Source of the DNA: Cyanidioschyzon merolae
Taxonomy: Eukaryota
Assembly: GCA_000091205.1 (NCBI GenBank)
Contig: AP006489.2
Length of the DNA stretch: 64,000 nucleotides
Strand: one strand, 5' to 3'
The notes below the pieces were generated by a model. It searched no databases, had not been told where the DNA came from, and was given only the letters and a program-made list of their open reading frames with translations. Positions 11,389-22,619 of this stretch are shown here, piece by piece. Within the stretch, counting starts at the first letter, position 1, and every line of letters begins with the position of its first letter. Both the position numbers and the translations under genes were made by a program.

Positions 11389-13419
11389 CTATGAATCAGG
11401 GAAATCGACCTTTCGTGGCGTGTGTTGGCAGACACCCGGGTCGGTGAATGCATCGCCCACGGGCTCCAGATAGACCACAATACAGGTGGTGTCATCAATG
11501 ACGGATTCCTCGGCCATCCACCGACGCACAGCTTCCTGCACGAGTTGTTCTGCAACAGCTTGCGGCGACTCGCCTTGATCCTTACGTCTGCCAACGAACT
11601 GCACTACATCATCACTGCTGAGGAATTCCCAGATACCGTCGCTACCGAGTACAATGAACGCATCAGCCGGGCATACCTCCAGGTGATAAATTTCCGGATC
11701 GGCGATCACACCGATGTTCTCCACGACCTGGTCACCGAAAGAACGGCTCATGGCGAGGCCAGGGACTCGAGTTGTCGGTAGCCACACTCGCGCCGGTCCT
11801 ATATTGCCATGCCAGGACTCTACGTGGCCTCCCAGGTTCTGGATGCGTTTCCGCTCATCGGGACGGTCGGGCTTGTGGTCGACACTCAGGGCCACCGCGT
11901 AATATCGCGCCTGTTTGCTGCGCGTCGCTGCGGCATCGTCAGACGCCCCGCGTCCAGTCAGCCTTCGACCGAGGACCGCTCGAGAGTCACCGACGTTTGC
12001 GCAGAAGAGTTCGCGGCCGTGAAGCAGGACAATGATGCCCGTGGTGCCGCTAAATCGCGAGTCGATCCCGCCCAGCCCGTCATCCTCATCGTCCACGTCT
12101 GGAATAGATTCCATGCTGGTTGATGGTCGCGAATTTTCCCGAACTGTTGCCACCGCCTGATGCAGCATCGATTTCATGTTGTTCCAGAGGTAGGCAAATG
12201 CATCGGTTTCTGGCTCGAGTTCCAGAAGCTCACCGCGTGCAGTCAAGAGCTGCTCGGCATTCAAACATGTCCGCCGTAGTGCCTCGGCGGGCTTGTCATG
12301 GAGCGCGTGATCGTAGAGGAAGCGCGCAAGCAGTTTCGGAACAATGTTTCGAATGTAGTGCGAACAGAGACGTCCAGCGACACCATGTCCATCGAACACC
12401 GCCCACAGGGCATCGGACAAAACATGCGGTGGAATGTTGCTCCCTGTCGCACGCAGAATCATTTCGTGATACTGTACGGAGGCACCCTTCACGTTCGGGT
12501 TCTCTGGCAAATGCCGCAAACTCAGATGACGTGGAGTCATGACTGTCACAGTCGCAAGCGACGCCTCCGGATCATCGAAGGTGCGCGTTCCCGAACTATC
12601 CTCCATGAGATTGTCGAGGCCATCTCGGGTTGAGATGCGTCGCTCGAGCTTCGACGGCTGACGCGGAATGCACTGCATGTCGCAGGGTTTTGCAACCTCG
12701 TTTTCACCTCTTGGGGCCAAGGTCGAGCAAGTCCACGCTGGGACCAAAGGCATCAATACGCACGCGGAATCCTGGTTCTCCTTGCCTTTCCGCACGGGTT
12801 CCCAGCCGGTTCTGGAAACAACGCCCGCGGATAAACGCAGCGCAGGTCGGGCGGCAGGCGGCTCCAGCGGCAGTTCATAGGACAACTCCGAGTGCAGAAC
12901 CTCTGCAGCACTATCCTGCTTGGTGATAGGCAGTGGTCGCACTACGGCTCCCTTATCGTCAAACTGAACCTTATACTCTTGAAAGTGGTGATGCGCACGG
13001 TTCCGGTTACTTTCTTCGTCTGCGGCGGCAGCCTCGCCGTCCAGGGGAAGCGTTCCCTCGTTCGCGACTGAGAGGCGCCTTCTGGCCCCCAAAAAGGAGA
13101 AAAAGAAACGGTCAGACCGGCGGTCAAGCGAAAGTCGGCCGCCGGAGCTCTCCGAGGCGGCGCCAACTGCCGCGCCCTCCTGCTCTCCAGCAGCGGCACT
13201 TGACTGCTGTTGCGACTTGTGCTCCGTGCGACCGCCACCAGCGTTAGGTTGCACCCCCGCTGCTGTGCTCCGTTCCCCGGGAACTGAAGAAGCGCCCCTG
13301 TTCTTCTTCTGCGCGGTCGTTGAACTGGTCGGTTGCTGGGAGCCTCCGTTGTGAACTGTGTCCACGCAGTCGTCGTCGAGTTTCGTGTCGAGGTCCAACT
13401 TGGACTTGCAGAGACCCAT
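11389..13419 (-). CDS. Protein phosphatase 2C (PPM family) with N-myristoylation/palmitoylation start MGLCKSK and a long Ser/Ala/Gly-rich N-terminal extension
   Basis: PP2C motifs FAVFDGHGVAGRLCSHY, LSVDHKPDRPDERKRIQNLGGHV, GLAMSRSFGD and VLGSDGIWEFLSSDDVV are present. The ATG was checked in the sequence (atgggtctctgcaagtccaag). Confidence 0.9.
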   Translation of the reverse strand: MGLCKSKLDLDTKLDDDCVDTVHNGGSQQPTSSTTAQKKNRGASSVPGERSTAAGVQPNAGGGRTEHKSQQQSSAAAGEQEGAAVGAASESSGGRLSLDRRSDRFFFSFLGARRRLSVANEGTLPLDGEAAAADEESNRNRAHHHFQEYKVQFDDKGAVVRPLPITKQDSAAEVLHSELSYELPLEPPAARPALRLSAGVVSRTGWEPVRKGKENQDSACVLMPLVPAWTCSTLAPRGENEVAKPCDMQCIPRQPSKLERRISTRDGLDNLMEDSSGTRTFDDPEASLATVTVMTPRHLSLRHLPENPNVKGASVQYHEMILRATGSNIPPHVLSDALWAVFDGHGVAGRLCSHYIRNIVPKLLARFLYDHALHDKPAEALRRTCLNAEQLLTARGELLELEPETDAFAYLWNNMKSMLHQAVATVRENSRPSTSMESIPDVDDEDDGLGGIDSRFSGTTGIIVLLHGRELFCANVGDSRAVLGRRLTGRGASDDAAATRSKQARYYAVALSVDHKPDRPDERKRIQNLGGHVESWHGNIGPARVWLPTTRVPGLAMSRSFGDQVVENIGVIADPEIYHLEVCPADAFIVLGSDGIWEFLSSDDVVQFVGRRKDQGESPQAVAEQLVQEAVRRWMAEESVIDDTTCIVVYLEPVGDAFTDPGVCQHTPRKVDFPDS

Positions 13420-13790
13420 GACTCTTCGCCGCTACTTCGATTCCAAAGCGTTACGAAGTTCCGTCGCAAGTCGAGCGCCGATCTATAATCGTTACGGTGC
13501 CGTACTCCAGTGAGAGGCACACGCTGTACGCAGAGCAAGGTTCACCAACAAGGTAGCGCAGGGAGTCGTGTCCAGTGCGTTTCTCGCTCTGACTCTGTCT
13601 CTGACTTTGCCCGGCTGCTTATCCCGTGTGGACACGTCCGAACACGTGTACGTCATTTGCGCGTGGCGATGGCGGCGGTGATGGCGCGTCGTTGGCGGGC
13701 GCGTCATCCCCGCTGCTGCTCGAAGCGCTTGATGAGGCCTCTGCTCCGCTGGTACCAGGTACACGTCGTTGGTTGTATCGGGTACTGGAA

Positions 13791-14355
13791 CACCAGTGCC
13801 TACAACGACTTGTGAAGAGAACTTGTTTCCTGTGTATATTCGGCGGTACATAACACCAGTACCTACAACGACTTGTCAAGAGAAGTTGTTTCCTGTGTAT
13901 ATTCGGCGGTACATAACACCAGTACCTACAACGACTTGTCAAGGGAACTTGTTTCCTGTGTATATTCGGCGGTACATACCACCAGTACCTACAACGACTT
14001 GTCAAGAGAACTTGTTTCCTGTGTATATTCGGCGGTACATACCACCAGTACCTACAACGACTTGTCAAGAGAACTTGTTTCCTGTGTATATTCGGCGGTA
14101 CATAACACCAGTACCTACAACGACTTGTCAAGAGAACTTGTTTCCTGTGTATATTCGGCGGTACATAACACCAGTACCTACAACGACTTGTCAAGAGAAC
14201 TTGTTTCCTGTGTATATTCGGCGGTACATAACACCAGTACCTACAACGACTTGTCAAGAGAACTTGTTTCCTGTGTATATTCGGCGGTACATAACACCAG
14301 TACCTACAACGACTTGTCAAGAGAACTTGTTTCCTGTGTATATTCGGCGGTACAT
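13791..14355. repeat. 63-bp minisatellite, about 9 tandem copies, abutting the inner edge of the right inverted-repeat arm
   Basis: The unit 'caccagtacctacaacgacttgtcaagagaacttgtttcctgtgtatattcggcggtacataa' recurs with a 63-bp period (starts 13791, 13854, 13917, 13980...). A period of 21 codons explains the long repetitive ORFs on both strands (TPVPTTTCQENLFPVYIRRYI x n). Confidence 0.9.
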
Positions 14356-15635
14356 GGCTCTTGTTGGCATTGCTTGCACTGAACGGAAGCATGCTGTGCT
14401 GCACAGATGGGAATCGAATTGGACCTAAACTGGATGATGAGGTTGCTTTTCATCGCAAGTACGCAGCGTTTCAGCACAATATCTACACGGTGTACGATAC
14501 AGCAGTCTCGTATGTTTGCTAGATACAGAGGCGCTGGACGCTGCGGAAGCACGAGAAAGTTCTGGATGCTGATCGAGTCGTTCAAGTCTGTGACGAAACG
14601 CGTAATGCCTGCGCGCAAGGTTGCAGATGGAGTCACACTGTAGCGGGCCGCCAGCCTCTGCATAGCGTGCTGTGTGATGCTCAGTCGACTGCTGGGGCAT
14701 CATTTCATGGGGACAATGCTGTTTCTGGCACAGCCTGTCTAGGTATTTCAGCGTGCATCTGAGCACGTGATGCCTATATTTCGTCCTAAAGGCGTCGACA
14801 GGCACTGTAGGCAGTCGGATCATTTACGAGCGCGCTATGCGCCCGCCGAAGGGGCATCAGTACAGCCTTTATACGCTGCCGCATGTGCAGTGTCATAGGC
14901 TGGGGCGCAAACAATCGCGGCTATCGGGTCAGTGCCAGTTTCAACTCATCTAAGAACACAACGGATGCCTGCTTCTTGTCCGCGTGCAACCGATATTGCT
15001 GGCGGCACTAGCGTCATCTCATGGACGCTTGCCAAAGACCGGGCACAGGAGCCGTGTGTGGACGCTCACATACGCTTGACAGGAAACGCTCTGTTCTGGA
15101 TCAAGTGGAAGCGCAGGGTACAACGAAGAAAGTCATTCCGTTGCGACCTTCCTTTGTGTGCCATGTTCATCCGTACGATCGTATGCCAAGCGCCATGATG
15201 CGTTTGGACGCTCTGAAGCGATTCTCGCTTTCGTTGCGATATCGCTTCCGCCATAACCAGCTCGTCATTTGTCTCCAACGACACAGTGAGAATTCCTTCC
15301 GCCGTTTCCTGCTATGATCGACGAGCGAGGTTACGGTATAATGCCCGTATCGTTTGCCGCATGAAGCGCTCGGTATCGACCCGCATCTTGTTGCCGAGCC
15401 CTAATGGATCCTCTGTGACAACCTGCACGGTGGATGTTCTAAACGCCGATGTGGTGCGGTAACGTGTCAAGGTATTCTGGGAAGCGCATGTGTGCACTGT
15501 TAATTCTACGATCATCCGTTGTGATGTCGCATAAAGGGTTTGATCGAAAACTTCCGGAAGCATGTGAACAGCTGGCAACGAAACGAGCGGAAACCCTGCG
15601 AATGTCTTCGTAACGAGGTACGTCAAATCGAAATA
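14340..15635. repeat. Right arm of the large inverted repeat (partner 665-1965)
   Basis: See left arm. Mirror-image ORFs have coordinates summing to 16291. Identity stays high for about 1.3 kb with a few substitutions (e.g. SHHPV vs PHHPV). Confidence 0.85.
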
Positions 15636-17302
15636 AATTAGGTTAGCCTTGCTCATGCAAGATGCCTCAACATCGTCGATGGTATTCCGCAACTTTCGAT
15701 GTCATCCATGCAAACGACTCGTATACTAGTCCGAATACATGAAATTGGCCTCTGATATCAGAGAAGACGCCTGGACTCTACATATCCGACGAGAAAAAGT
15801 CCGGCACGAAGAGCATCTCGAAGCATATCTATGCTGCGTACGCCTCCACAGCCACGGACGATGGAAAGCGACGCTATCAAAAAGCAGGGCAGGAGCATTT
15901 CGAATACGGAAGCTATGAGTTTCCGCGAATACGAAGGATGAGGCGCTGGTGGATTCTTCTCGTTGGGCGGTTCGTAGACGACCACAAGACGGCATCGCCG
16001 CTGGAGCTGATATTGTCATTAATCTCGCGAGTCTCTGCTTTACAGCCAATGGTTTTGCCCTCGTTGAATAACCATACGCAGATCCACCGTTTCAGCTGAA
16101 GAAACGCTCATCGACTGAAGAAAGAAACCGACGTTTCTTTGCTCCATACCGATCGCTGATTTCTAGGATCTCCCTGGGTGCTTGTTCGGTGGAAGGCTGT
16201 CGTGCATGAGCTAGGACTCATTTGTTGCGACTGTGTCCCAGTATTTTCAGGACCACGAATCCAAGCGGTTGAGAAACTGAGACGTCTGTGGCGGCTTCCA
16301 TCGTTGCTTTCGCTTTCCGTAAGGTGATCAACAGGACTTTTTCTACCATGGACGGCAAGCACTGTTTTAGAGTATTGGTTTTCGGGTAGAGCGCATCTGG
16401 TTTCTTTCAGTGTTGTTCATTCATCTGCGTATTTTCGTATGACTAACTTCAAGGAGAAATACAGTCCTCCTTGCACTGTTCAGAAAAGAACCTATATCCC
16501 AAAACGCAACTTATCTCCGATCTATAGTATACATTACATCGTAATGTCGGTTTCTTGCTACACATCACATCAAGGATGAAACAAATAACAAAGTTGAGAG
16601 ACTATAAAGAAGCCTGTGATTGTAGTATGCGGCACTGGACTCGGAAACGCGGGGCATTGAGGAAAGTCTTCTGTACCCGCCAAGGGCATAAGCCGAGCGG
16701 TGATGCACGCTTTCTCGCGCCAATGGGTGGCGCTCGAAGGGAGCGGTTCGGTTGACCTACGGGAACTCCTGATCACAGCCAGATGTCACAGCTGGGAGCG
16801 GCGCTCCGAGTCTCAATGTAAAGGAGTTGTGAAGGCCAAGCGAACCCAGATGACAACTTGTGCATGAAAAACCTCGAGAACAACCTGAAGCACCGTATTC
16901 GCAACCTGAATGCTGTCTTCGACATCCCTCCGCTGCTGAAAATACAGCTGGCGTCATTGCAGACACCGATGTAATTTAAAGTAGAAAATGAGATAGAGAA
17001 AAAAAGCAGACGCAGAAAAGACCCCTCAAACGCGTGTGTTGATGACTGCTGGAAGAGCATCAAACTCTGGTACCTGCCTACCTATCTACCTATATGTGTG
17101 TATGTGTGGTCTTGGACGTCTGTCCATTTTACGCTTCCAAGACTATCGAAGCACAGAGAGGAACGCGGCAGCTGGTGACTGACGATGGCCCTGACGCCCA
17201 GCGCGCCCGGTCGCCACACTGCCCGAGCTGAACGCTGCGTCTTTACCCAAGCGGAGCGTTCGAAGCGTTCATAGCAGCTGGCGTACTGCCGCTGCCATAG
17301 TT

Positions 17303-19261
17303 ATGGAAAACTTGCTCTTCCAGGCAGAAGGAATCGGAACCGGGAACGACACCGATTCTGAACCCGGCGATGAGCGCAACTCAACAACCGAGCTCTGGGA
17401 GCACAGCGCTGCGGCACTGGCGCGCAACCCCTGCGGCTGTCCTGCAGAAGAAAGCCAAGCACGATGTTGCCGCGACCTAGACGCTAGGCAAAACTCCCAT
17501 AGTCATCCGGAACAACGAGCGATCGTCTGTACGCACGAGGCGGTGTTCAGCCTCGACGAACGCGGCTCAGTAGCGGCTCCGTCGCTGGATACCCGACACT
17601 TACTTGCTGAGCCACCGGCACTCGCAACCTCGCTTGGCACCCATTATCGGCAAATTGGGCTTGCCGTTCCGCCAAATGGGGAACTGCAGTGCTTCACGCC
17701 TCGAGGAGAGGCGCTTTCAGCCTACTGGCGAACGAGTCAACTCGGGGGGCCTGTCACGAGTACCTGCGTCGGCGAACTGGATCCGCTCGAGCACGTCGCT
17801 AACCAGACCGTGCTGGACGCGACATCGAGCCGGGGGCTCACTACACCCGCAGAGCACCATGAAAAGGGCATTGCAGAGCCAGTGACGACGCAACCCGTTT
17901 TCCGAATCGTTCTCACAGGTGGTCCGTGCGCCGGCAAGACCACTGCAATGGCCCTGTTGGCTGAAAGGTTCCGTTCCCGCGGTTTCCGGGTATTCCTCGT
18001 ACCAGAGGCTGCAACGCTGCTCTTTACGGGCGGTGCCGGCCAGGCGAATATCACTGGAGACTCAGAGTGTCGGATCCTGTTCCAGAGCATTCTAGCTCGC
18101 CTCCAGATCACACTGGAGGACGGTTTCTTCGCGCTGGCACAACAGTGTCGAGCGCCGTCTATCGTTCTCTGTGATCGCGGCTTCCTCGATGGTCGTGCCT
18201 ACATGTCTGGAGACGAGTATACCGAAATGCTTGGTCAAAACGCATGGAATCTGATCGAGATGCGCGATCAGCGGTACGACGCTGTCTTGCACCTGGTGAC
18301 TGCAGCGGATGGAGCGGAATCGTTTTACACCTGCGAGGGCCACGCTGCGCGTTCGGAAAGCCTCCGTGAAGCACGACAAGTGGACGCTCGAACCCGGGAA
18401 GCTTGGTCGGGTCATCCGCGCCTGTACGTTATCGAAAATCGCAATCGCTGGCTGGCAGAGCATTCATCGACGTGCTCTCTGGACGAGGCCCCAGCCGCTG
18501 CACCACCGAATGACCAAGAATTCCTACCGCTGGGGCACTGCACACCGTCTCCAGGTTTCGCGGAGAAAATGGAACGTCTCTTCTCCATCGTTTGCCGGCT
18601 TGTTGGCTTGCCAACTCCGGCCCATATGCTGGATCGCAAGTTCCTTCTCACGCCCGACGCGAACATGGTGAATCATTTGCGAGCAGATCCACATGTTCGT
18701 GGCCTGCAGACGTTTCGCGTTGAGCAGACATTCCTCATTCGCGCGCAGGCCTCTAGTAGCAATGACAAGTCGGATCCCAAGAACCAATCCCAGGCACCAG
18801 TGTTTTGGGCCAGTCAGCAAGAGCATGTGCGGCGGCGAGGTCGAGACGGTTTCCATAGCTACACGCACTGCATCCGCCGCCGCTATGCAGAATGGAGTCA
18901 CCAGCAATCGAATCCAATCTCAGAGCGCAAAGCACAGCCGTGGGTTGAACTGCGCCGCAACATCAGCCTCCAAGAGTATCATTTGTTGCTGGGGTACGCA
19001 GACCCACGTCATCGGACGCTTTTAGTATGGCGTTCCTGTTTCTTCTATCACAATGCTTACTTTGTTCTAGACCAGATAGAGAACGCAAACGTTGGGCCGG
19101 TGGCGCTTCTTCGAACGAGCGCTTCGTCAACGTCGCGCTCGGGGTCGACGGACGCGCCGACGCCTGCGGGACTCCCGCTCAGCAACTGCGTTCGCTGTGA
19201 AGTGACCGCTGATGCGAGGTACGCATTCTACGCCCTGTCTCGACGCTGTCCATGTAGTTAG
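17303..19261 (+). CDS. P-loop NTPase (AAA_28/NadR-like nucleoside kinase-type domain) fused to a C-terminal CYTH-like (triphosphate tunnel) domain
   Basis: The Walker A context 'FRIVLTGGPCAGKTTAMALLAERFRSRGFRVFLVPEAAT' and the later 'LHLVTAADGAESFY...PRLYVIEN' match the AAA_28 family. The C-terminal 'HMLDRKFLLTPDA...FRVEQTFLIRAQ...FVLDQIEN' resembles the CYTH EiERKFLv signature. An N-terminal ~190 aa region is unassigned. Confidence 0.5.
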   Translation: MENLLFQAEGIGTGNDTDSEPGDERNSTTELWEHSAAALARNPCGCPAEESQARCCRDLDARQNSHSHPEQRAIVCTHEAVFSLDERGSVAAPSLDTRHLLAEPPALATSLGTHYRQIGLAVPPNGELQCFTPRGEALSAYWRTSQLGGPVTSTCVGELDPLEHVANQTVLDATSSRGLTTPAEHHEKGIAEPVTTQPVFRIVLTGGPCAGKTTAMALLAERFRSRGFRVFLVPEAATLLFTGGAGQANITGDSECRILFQSILARLQITLEDGFFALAQQCRAPSIVLCDRGFLDGRAYMSGDEYTEMLGQNAWNLIEMRDQRYDAVLHLVTAADGAESFYTCEGHAARSESLREARQVDARTREAWSGHPRLYVIENRNRWLAEHSSTCSLDEAPAAAPPNDQEFLPLGHCTPSPGFAEKMERLFSIVCRLVGLPTPAHMLDRKFLLTPDANMVNHLRADPHVRGLQTFRVEQTFLIRAQASSSNDKSDPKNQSQAPVFWASQQEHVRRRGRDGFHSYTHCIRRRYAEWSHQQSNPISERKAQPWVELRRNISLQEYHLLLGYADPRHRTLLVWRSCFFYHNAYFVLDQIENANVGPVALLRTSASSTSRSGSTDAPTPAGLPLSNCVRCEVTADARYAFYALSRRCPCS

Positions 19262-20398
19262 CGTCGGTAACCGTTGCGAGGAACGCACGAGGTCGCAACG
19301 CGAAGATGTGACGGGAGGCCAGCGAACGCGCTCGAGTCCGGGGCGCAGGTGGATGCGCACTGCCGGAAATAGATGGACATGATGGAACAAGACTGAATAT
19401 TTGCGTACAGCGACAATACCGTGCATGCGTTCGTTTCCTTCAACGCCTTCGAAGAGAATACCTTCCTCCGGGGCACCTGTTTCGGTGTCGATGACACCAT
19501 CGAGTCGTCGATTATCGTGGCTATAACATTGTGGCGATTCGTTTGCCTGGAGAGCGACGCCAGTGTGTCGTGTTCACCACGGCCGTCGCTGAGCTCGTGG
19601 TGGTGCGGACGCACGTGGATAACGCGCCACGGGCCACCACCTTCAACAGGCCGCTGCAGGCACGTCAATGCTCGCTGCACGACAACTTTTCATATGTCTC
19701 TGGATTCTCCCGACGCAAGCATTAACCGCATCGTAGTGGCTCAAGAGCCGGTCCGATGCAGGGGCGCAACAGGTTAGCGTCTGTGTCGAGGCTTTTCATT
19801 GAGGCGACGGAACGGATCAGGTAGCAAAACGGGAGCGCACTCCCCGGGCGCCTGACTTGCATAAGCACGATGGCGCGCGAGGATTGCAGAGTTACCGCAG
19901 GTCGATGATGGGCACGAGTGACGGCGCAAGAAGGCCGTTTCGTACACCTTTCTCTCGATTTCATTCGAAGAGGTATGTGTATGGTCATTAAAGAACATGC
20001 GAGGGATGAGCCAAATGCATTGGACAGCACGCTTGTTGTCTGGGAATGCGCAAATCGGTAGCAACAGAAGCAGCGGCAATTCGGTCGCCTCCTGGCCTTA
20101 GCTGCTGGCCCTGCACGGCTGCGGGTGCAGCGCCCCGGACGCTTCGGATGGTATGGACGGCCTCAAGCGTGAGGACCAGAGTTTGAACCTCGCAGATTCT
20201 CGAAACGCATCCCATGAGCGGGGCGATATGGTTCGCGTTCATCACTGGGCCATAGAATGCAGGAGGTGATCAACCAGCACGATCTCTTTATTGAGGAACG
20301 AATTGGCGCTCGGGTTACGATTGCCTACGCAAGAACGTTTCCTATAGGCACGTTCCAGGGAAGAACACGCACATGATGATTTCCGATGAATCCAGGGT

Positions 20399-21337
20399 TC
20401 ACTTTTTGCCGCTGATATCGTTAACTTTTGTTTTCCCCGAGCTCGATCCGCTTTTGGATGGCCCGACTTGCACGGATGCCGGCCGACTCGTTGCGAGAAT
20501 CGATAGGAACATGTTATAAGCAATTTGAATTGAGTTGATGTAAAGAAGGCGCTGACTCGGTGGAACGAAGCGAAAGTTAATGGCGTGCGCAACGGGCCAG
20601 ACCGACCACGAGGCGCGAACTCCCGTGAACGTATCTGCCTTGATTTTCTTCACGGTTTCCTCAGTCGATGCACCGCTCAGCAAGCTTGTGTATCCCAGGA
20701 AAATTGCGGTGAATATGGGCGCCCACAGCAGCTGGTCAAGTGCAACTTTGGAGACCACTTCCCGCACGCCGGTTCCCTTGATCATCTGATCCAGAAATTG
20801 GTACCAATAATGGCCCGTTGATCCGTGAATGAGGAATCCAAACGACATCATGCGGAAAAGGCGCTTCTTATCCAGTTTCTGCTTATCTAAAAAGTGCTGC
20901 GCTAGCACGTCGCCTAACCCGAAACCAACTAGAGACGTGAACATCTTCGTCAAAAGCGGCCGCTTAGCCAGGTTTTGGAGGTAGAGCGCCCACAGGGCAG
21001 CGAGCGGGTTCGGTCGACCCGACGCGCCGCCACCACCTCCGCCACCACCACCACCACCTCCGCCACCACCACCGCTGCCGCTGCGACTACCACCGCTACC
21101 TCCCGTTCCTCCGTACGCAGGAGCCGCAGTACCCTCAGGCGGAACAGCGAAGCAGGCGCGCATCCGACGCTGCATCGGGGCGCCCTGCGCGCTCGCGCCG
21201 AGCGGTCGCCGGTGCCCCTGCGCCGGCACCCTGCGCCCCACAGAGCAACGAAGAGGTGTCGTGTGCACAACCCCGCACGTCCTCGCGGAACGCCCAGGTA
21301 CCTGCAGCAAACCCGACACAAAACATACGTCAATCAT
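20399..21337 (-). CDS. Mpv17/PMP22-family membrane protein with an N-terminal poly-Gly (G15) tract. The N-terminal boundary is uncertain
   Basis: The C-terminal half carries the Mpv17/PMP22 signature (YWYQFLDQMIKG..., LLWAPIFTAIFLGYTSLLSG, WPVAHAINFRFVPPSQRLLYINSIQIAYNMFLSILAT). A (GGN)n tract at 21000-21080 encodes the Gly run. The first ~60 aa of the ORF may be non-coding. Confidence 0.7.
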   Translation of the reverse strand: MIDVCFVSGLLQVPGRSARTCGVVHTTPLRCSVGRRVPAQGHRRPLGASAQGAPMQRRMRACFAVPPEGTAAPAYGGTGGSGGSRSGSGGGGGGGGGGGGGGGGASGRPNPLAALWALYLQNLAKRPLLTKMFTSLVGFGLGDVLAQHFLDKQKLDKKRLFRMMSFGFLIHGSTGHYWYQFLDQMIKGTGVREVVSKVALDQLLWAPIFTAIFLGYTSLLSGASTEETVKKIKADTFTGVRASWSVWPVAHAINFRFVPPSQRLLYINSIQIAYNMFLSILATSRPASVQVGPSKSGSSSGKTKVNDISGKK

Positions 21338-22619
21338 TTAAAAGACTCGCTTCGGTTGTGGAAAGATGGATCCGCACACAAGTTCGCGCACGAAACCGCT
21401 GCCGCTCACTACCGTTACCGGCTGACTCAAGCGACACCACAGCGCGTACGCTCGTGCAAAGCGCGCCGGCGATTCGAGCGAGCGTTACGCGCAGTCATCG
21501 AAGCGCAGCTGGCGCTGCCGGTGTCTGTCGATGATGATCACGGAGGTGCGCGCGCACCAGCGAGATCGTCGAATGCACGCCACGTTGCATCGTGTGTGTG
21601 CGCGCGCGATCTGAAGCAGCAGGCGTGCAACAGTGCCTTGAGTGTGCGTGTACGTGTGCGTGTGCGCCTGCTGCTGGCACGGTATGCTGGAACGGATGCG
21701 TTGGCGAGCGTGCCTTTGTTGTGGTACGCGTTCGCTGGAGCGAGTGCCCGCTATTCGGGAAGCACTGTGATGCTCGTGGCGGTATTTCCATGAGGTAGGT
21801 GTCGGGAGCGGATACGAGTCTAGCCGTACGATCAACTTGCAGAGCGTTGGGTACTGTCCAGTGCATCCTGGGAGCGGTACTGGGTGATGCGGAATCGAGG
21901 CCACCACCGATACGCGAGCGCCAGTATCTCGTTGGGCGGCACGCGGGCGTTGGTCGGTGTCAGCGCGCGGTTCATAGGGTGCAACTGGGCAGACGGGCGG
22001 GTGCGGCGGCGGTCCCTATGCGTTCGTATGTAGGCTATCGTTTGACTCCAGGTGGCTCTGTTTCGGACGGCGTTTGTCGGGGACTTCAGCGCACCTGCTC
22101 GTAATTTTCGCTGAAGATCGTCATGGGAACGACTTCGAGTGGGTACGTTCCGCTCGCAGAGAATGGGGGTTTTCTGAAACCCGACTGAGCACCTCACACT
22201 GCAACTGCGATTCTTGAGTTCCTGTTGATCTGGATGGTTTCCAGTTGGAAATCAATACGGGGGACTCTTGTTGCCAAATTGACAGTGGCGGCTGATAGAC
22301 AAGACCTGCAGAGTGGATTCTACCGGGCCTTCGATTCCCGTTCGGGATTCCGCGCTGCATGCGAATACCCGGAGGCGACGACGTGACCGCCGCCTGGTAT
22401 GAGCCTGGTGTGACCCAGGCCATAAAGTCATCTGTTTGTGATGCCCATGCAGCATGCGATTCAAGGCGCTGTCATGGCGCCCGCTGCCTACTACCGTCCC
22501 GAGTCGGATACGCACCAATCTGAGATCACTGGAGTGCAGTGGCTGCCTCCGCGATATTCACGCGTGTGCTTTACGAACCATCCTTTTCGGATGTGCGAGC
22601 GCACGATCGGCTGCACTGG

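Noticed and set aside
13619-14428. Long ORFs on both strands (261 aa and 219 aa) with 21-aa internal repeats
   Set aside because: They are translations of the 63-bp (21-codon) minisatellite. The open frames on both strands are a by-product of the in-frame repeat, not evidence of coding.
665-15635. Inverted-repeat arms as terminal inverted repeats of one giant DNA transposon
   Set aside because: The 12.4 kb interior holds four unrelated housekeeping-type genes in mixed orientation and no transposase. Segmental inverted duplication or a dispersed repeat is the more economical reading.
20090-20180. Possible tRNA-like T-arm motif ('gagtttgaacctc')
   Set aside because: No matching acceptor-stem pairing or anticodon-arm structure could be built around it. 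It is treated as chance similarity.
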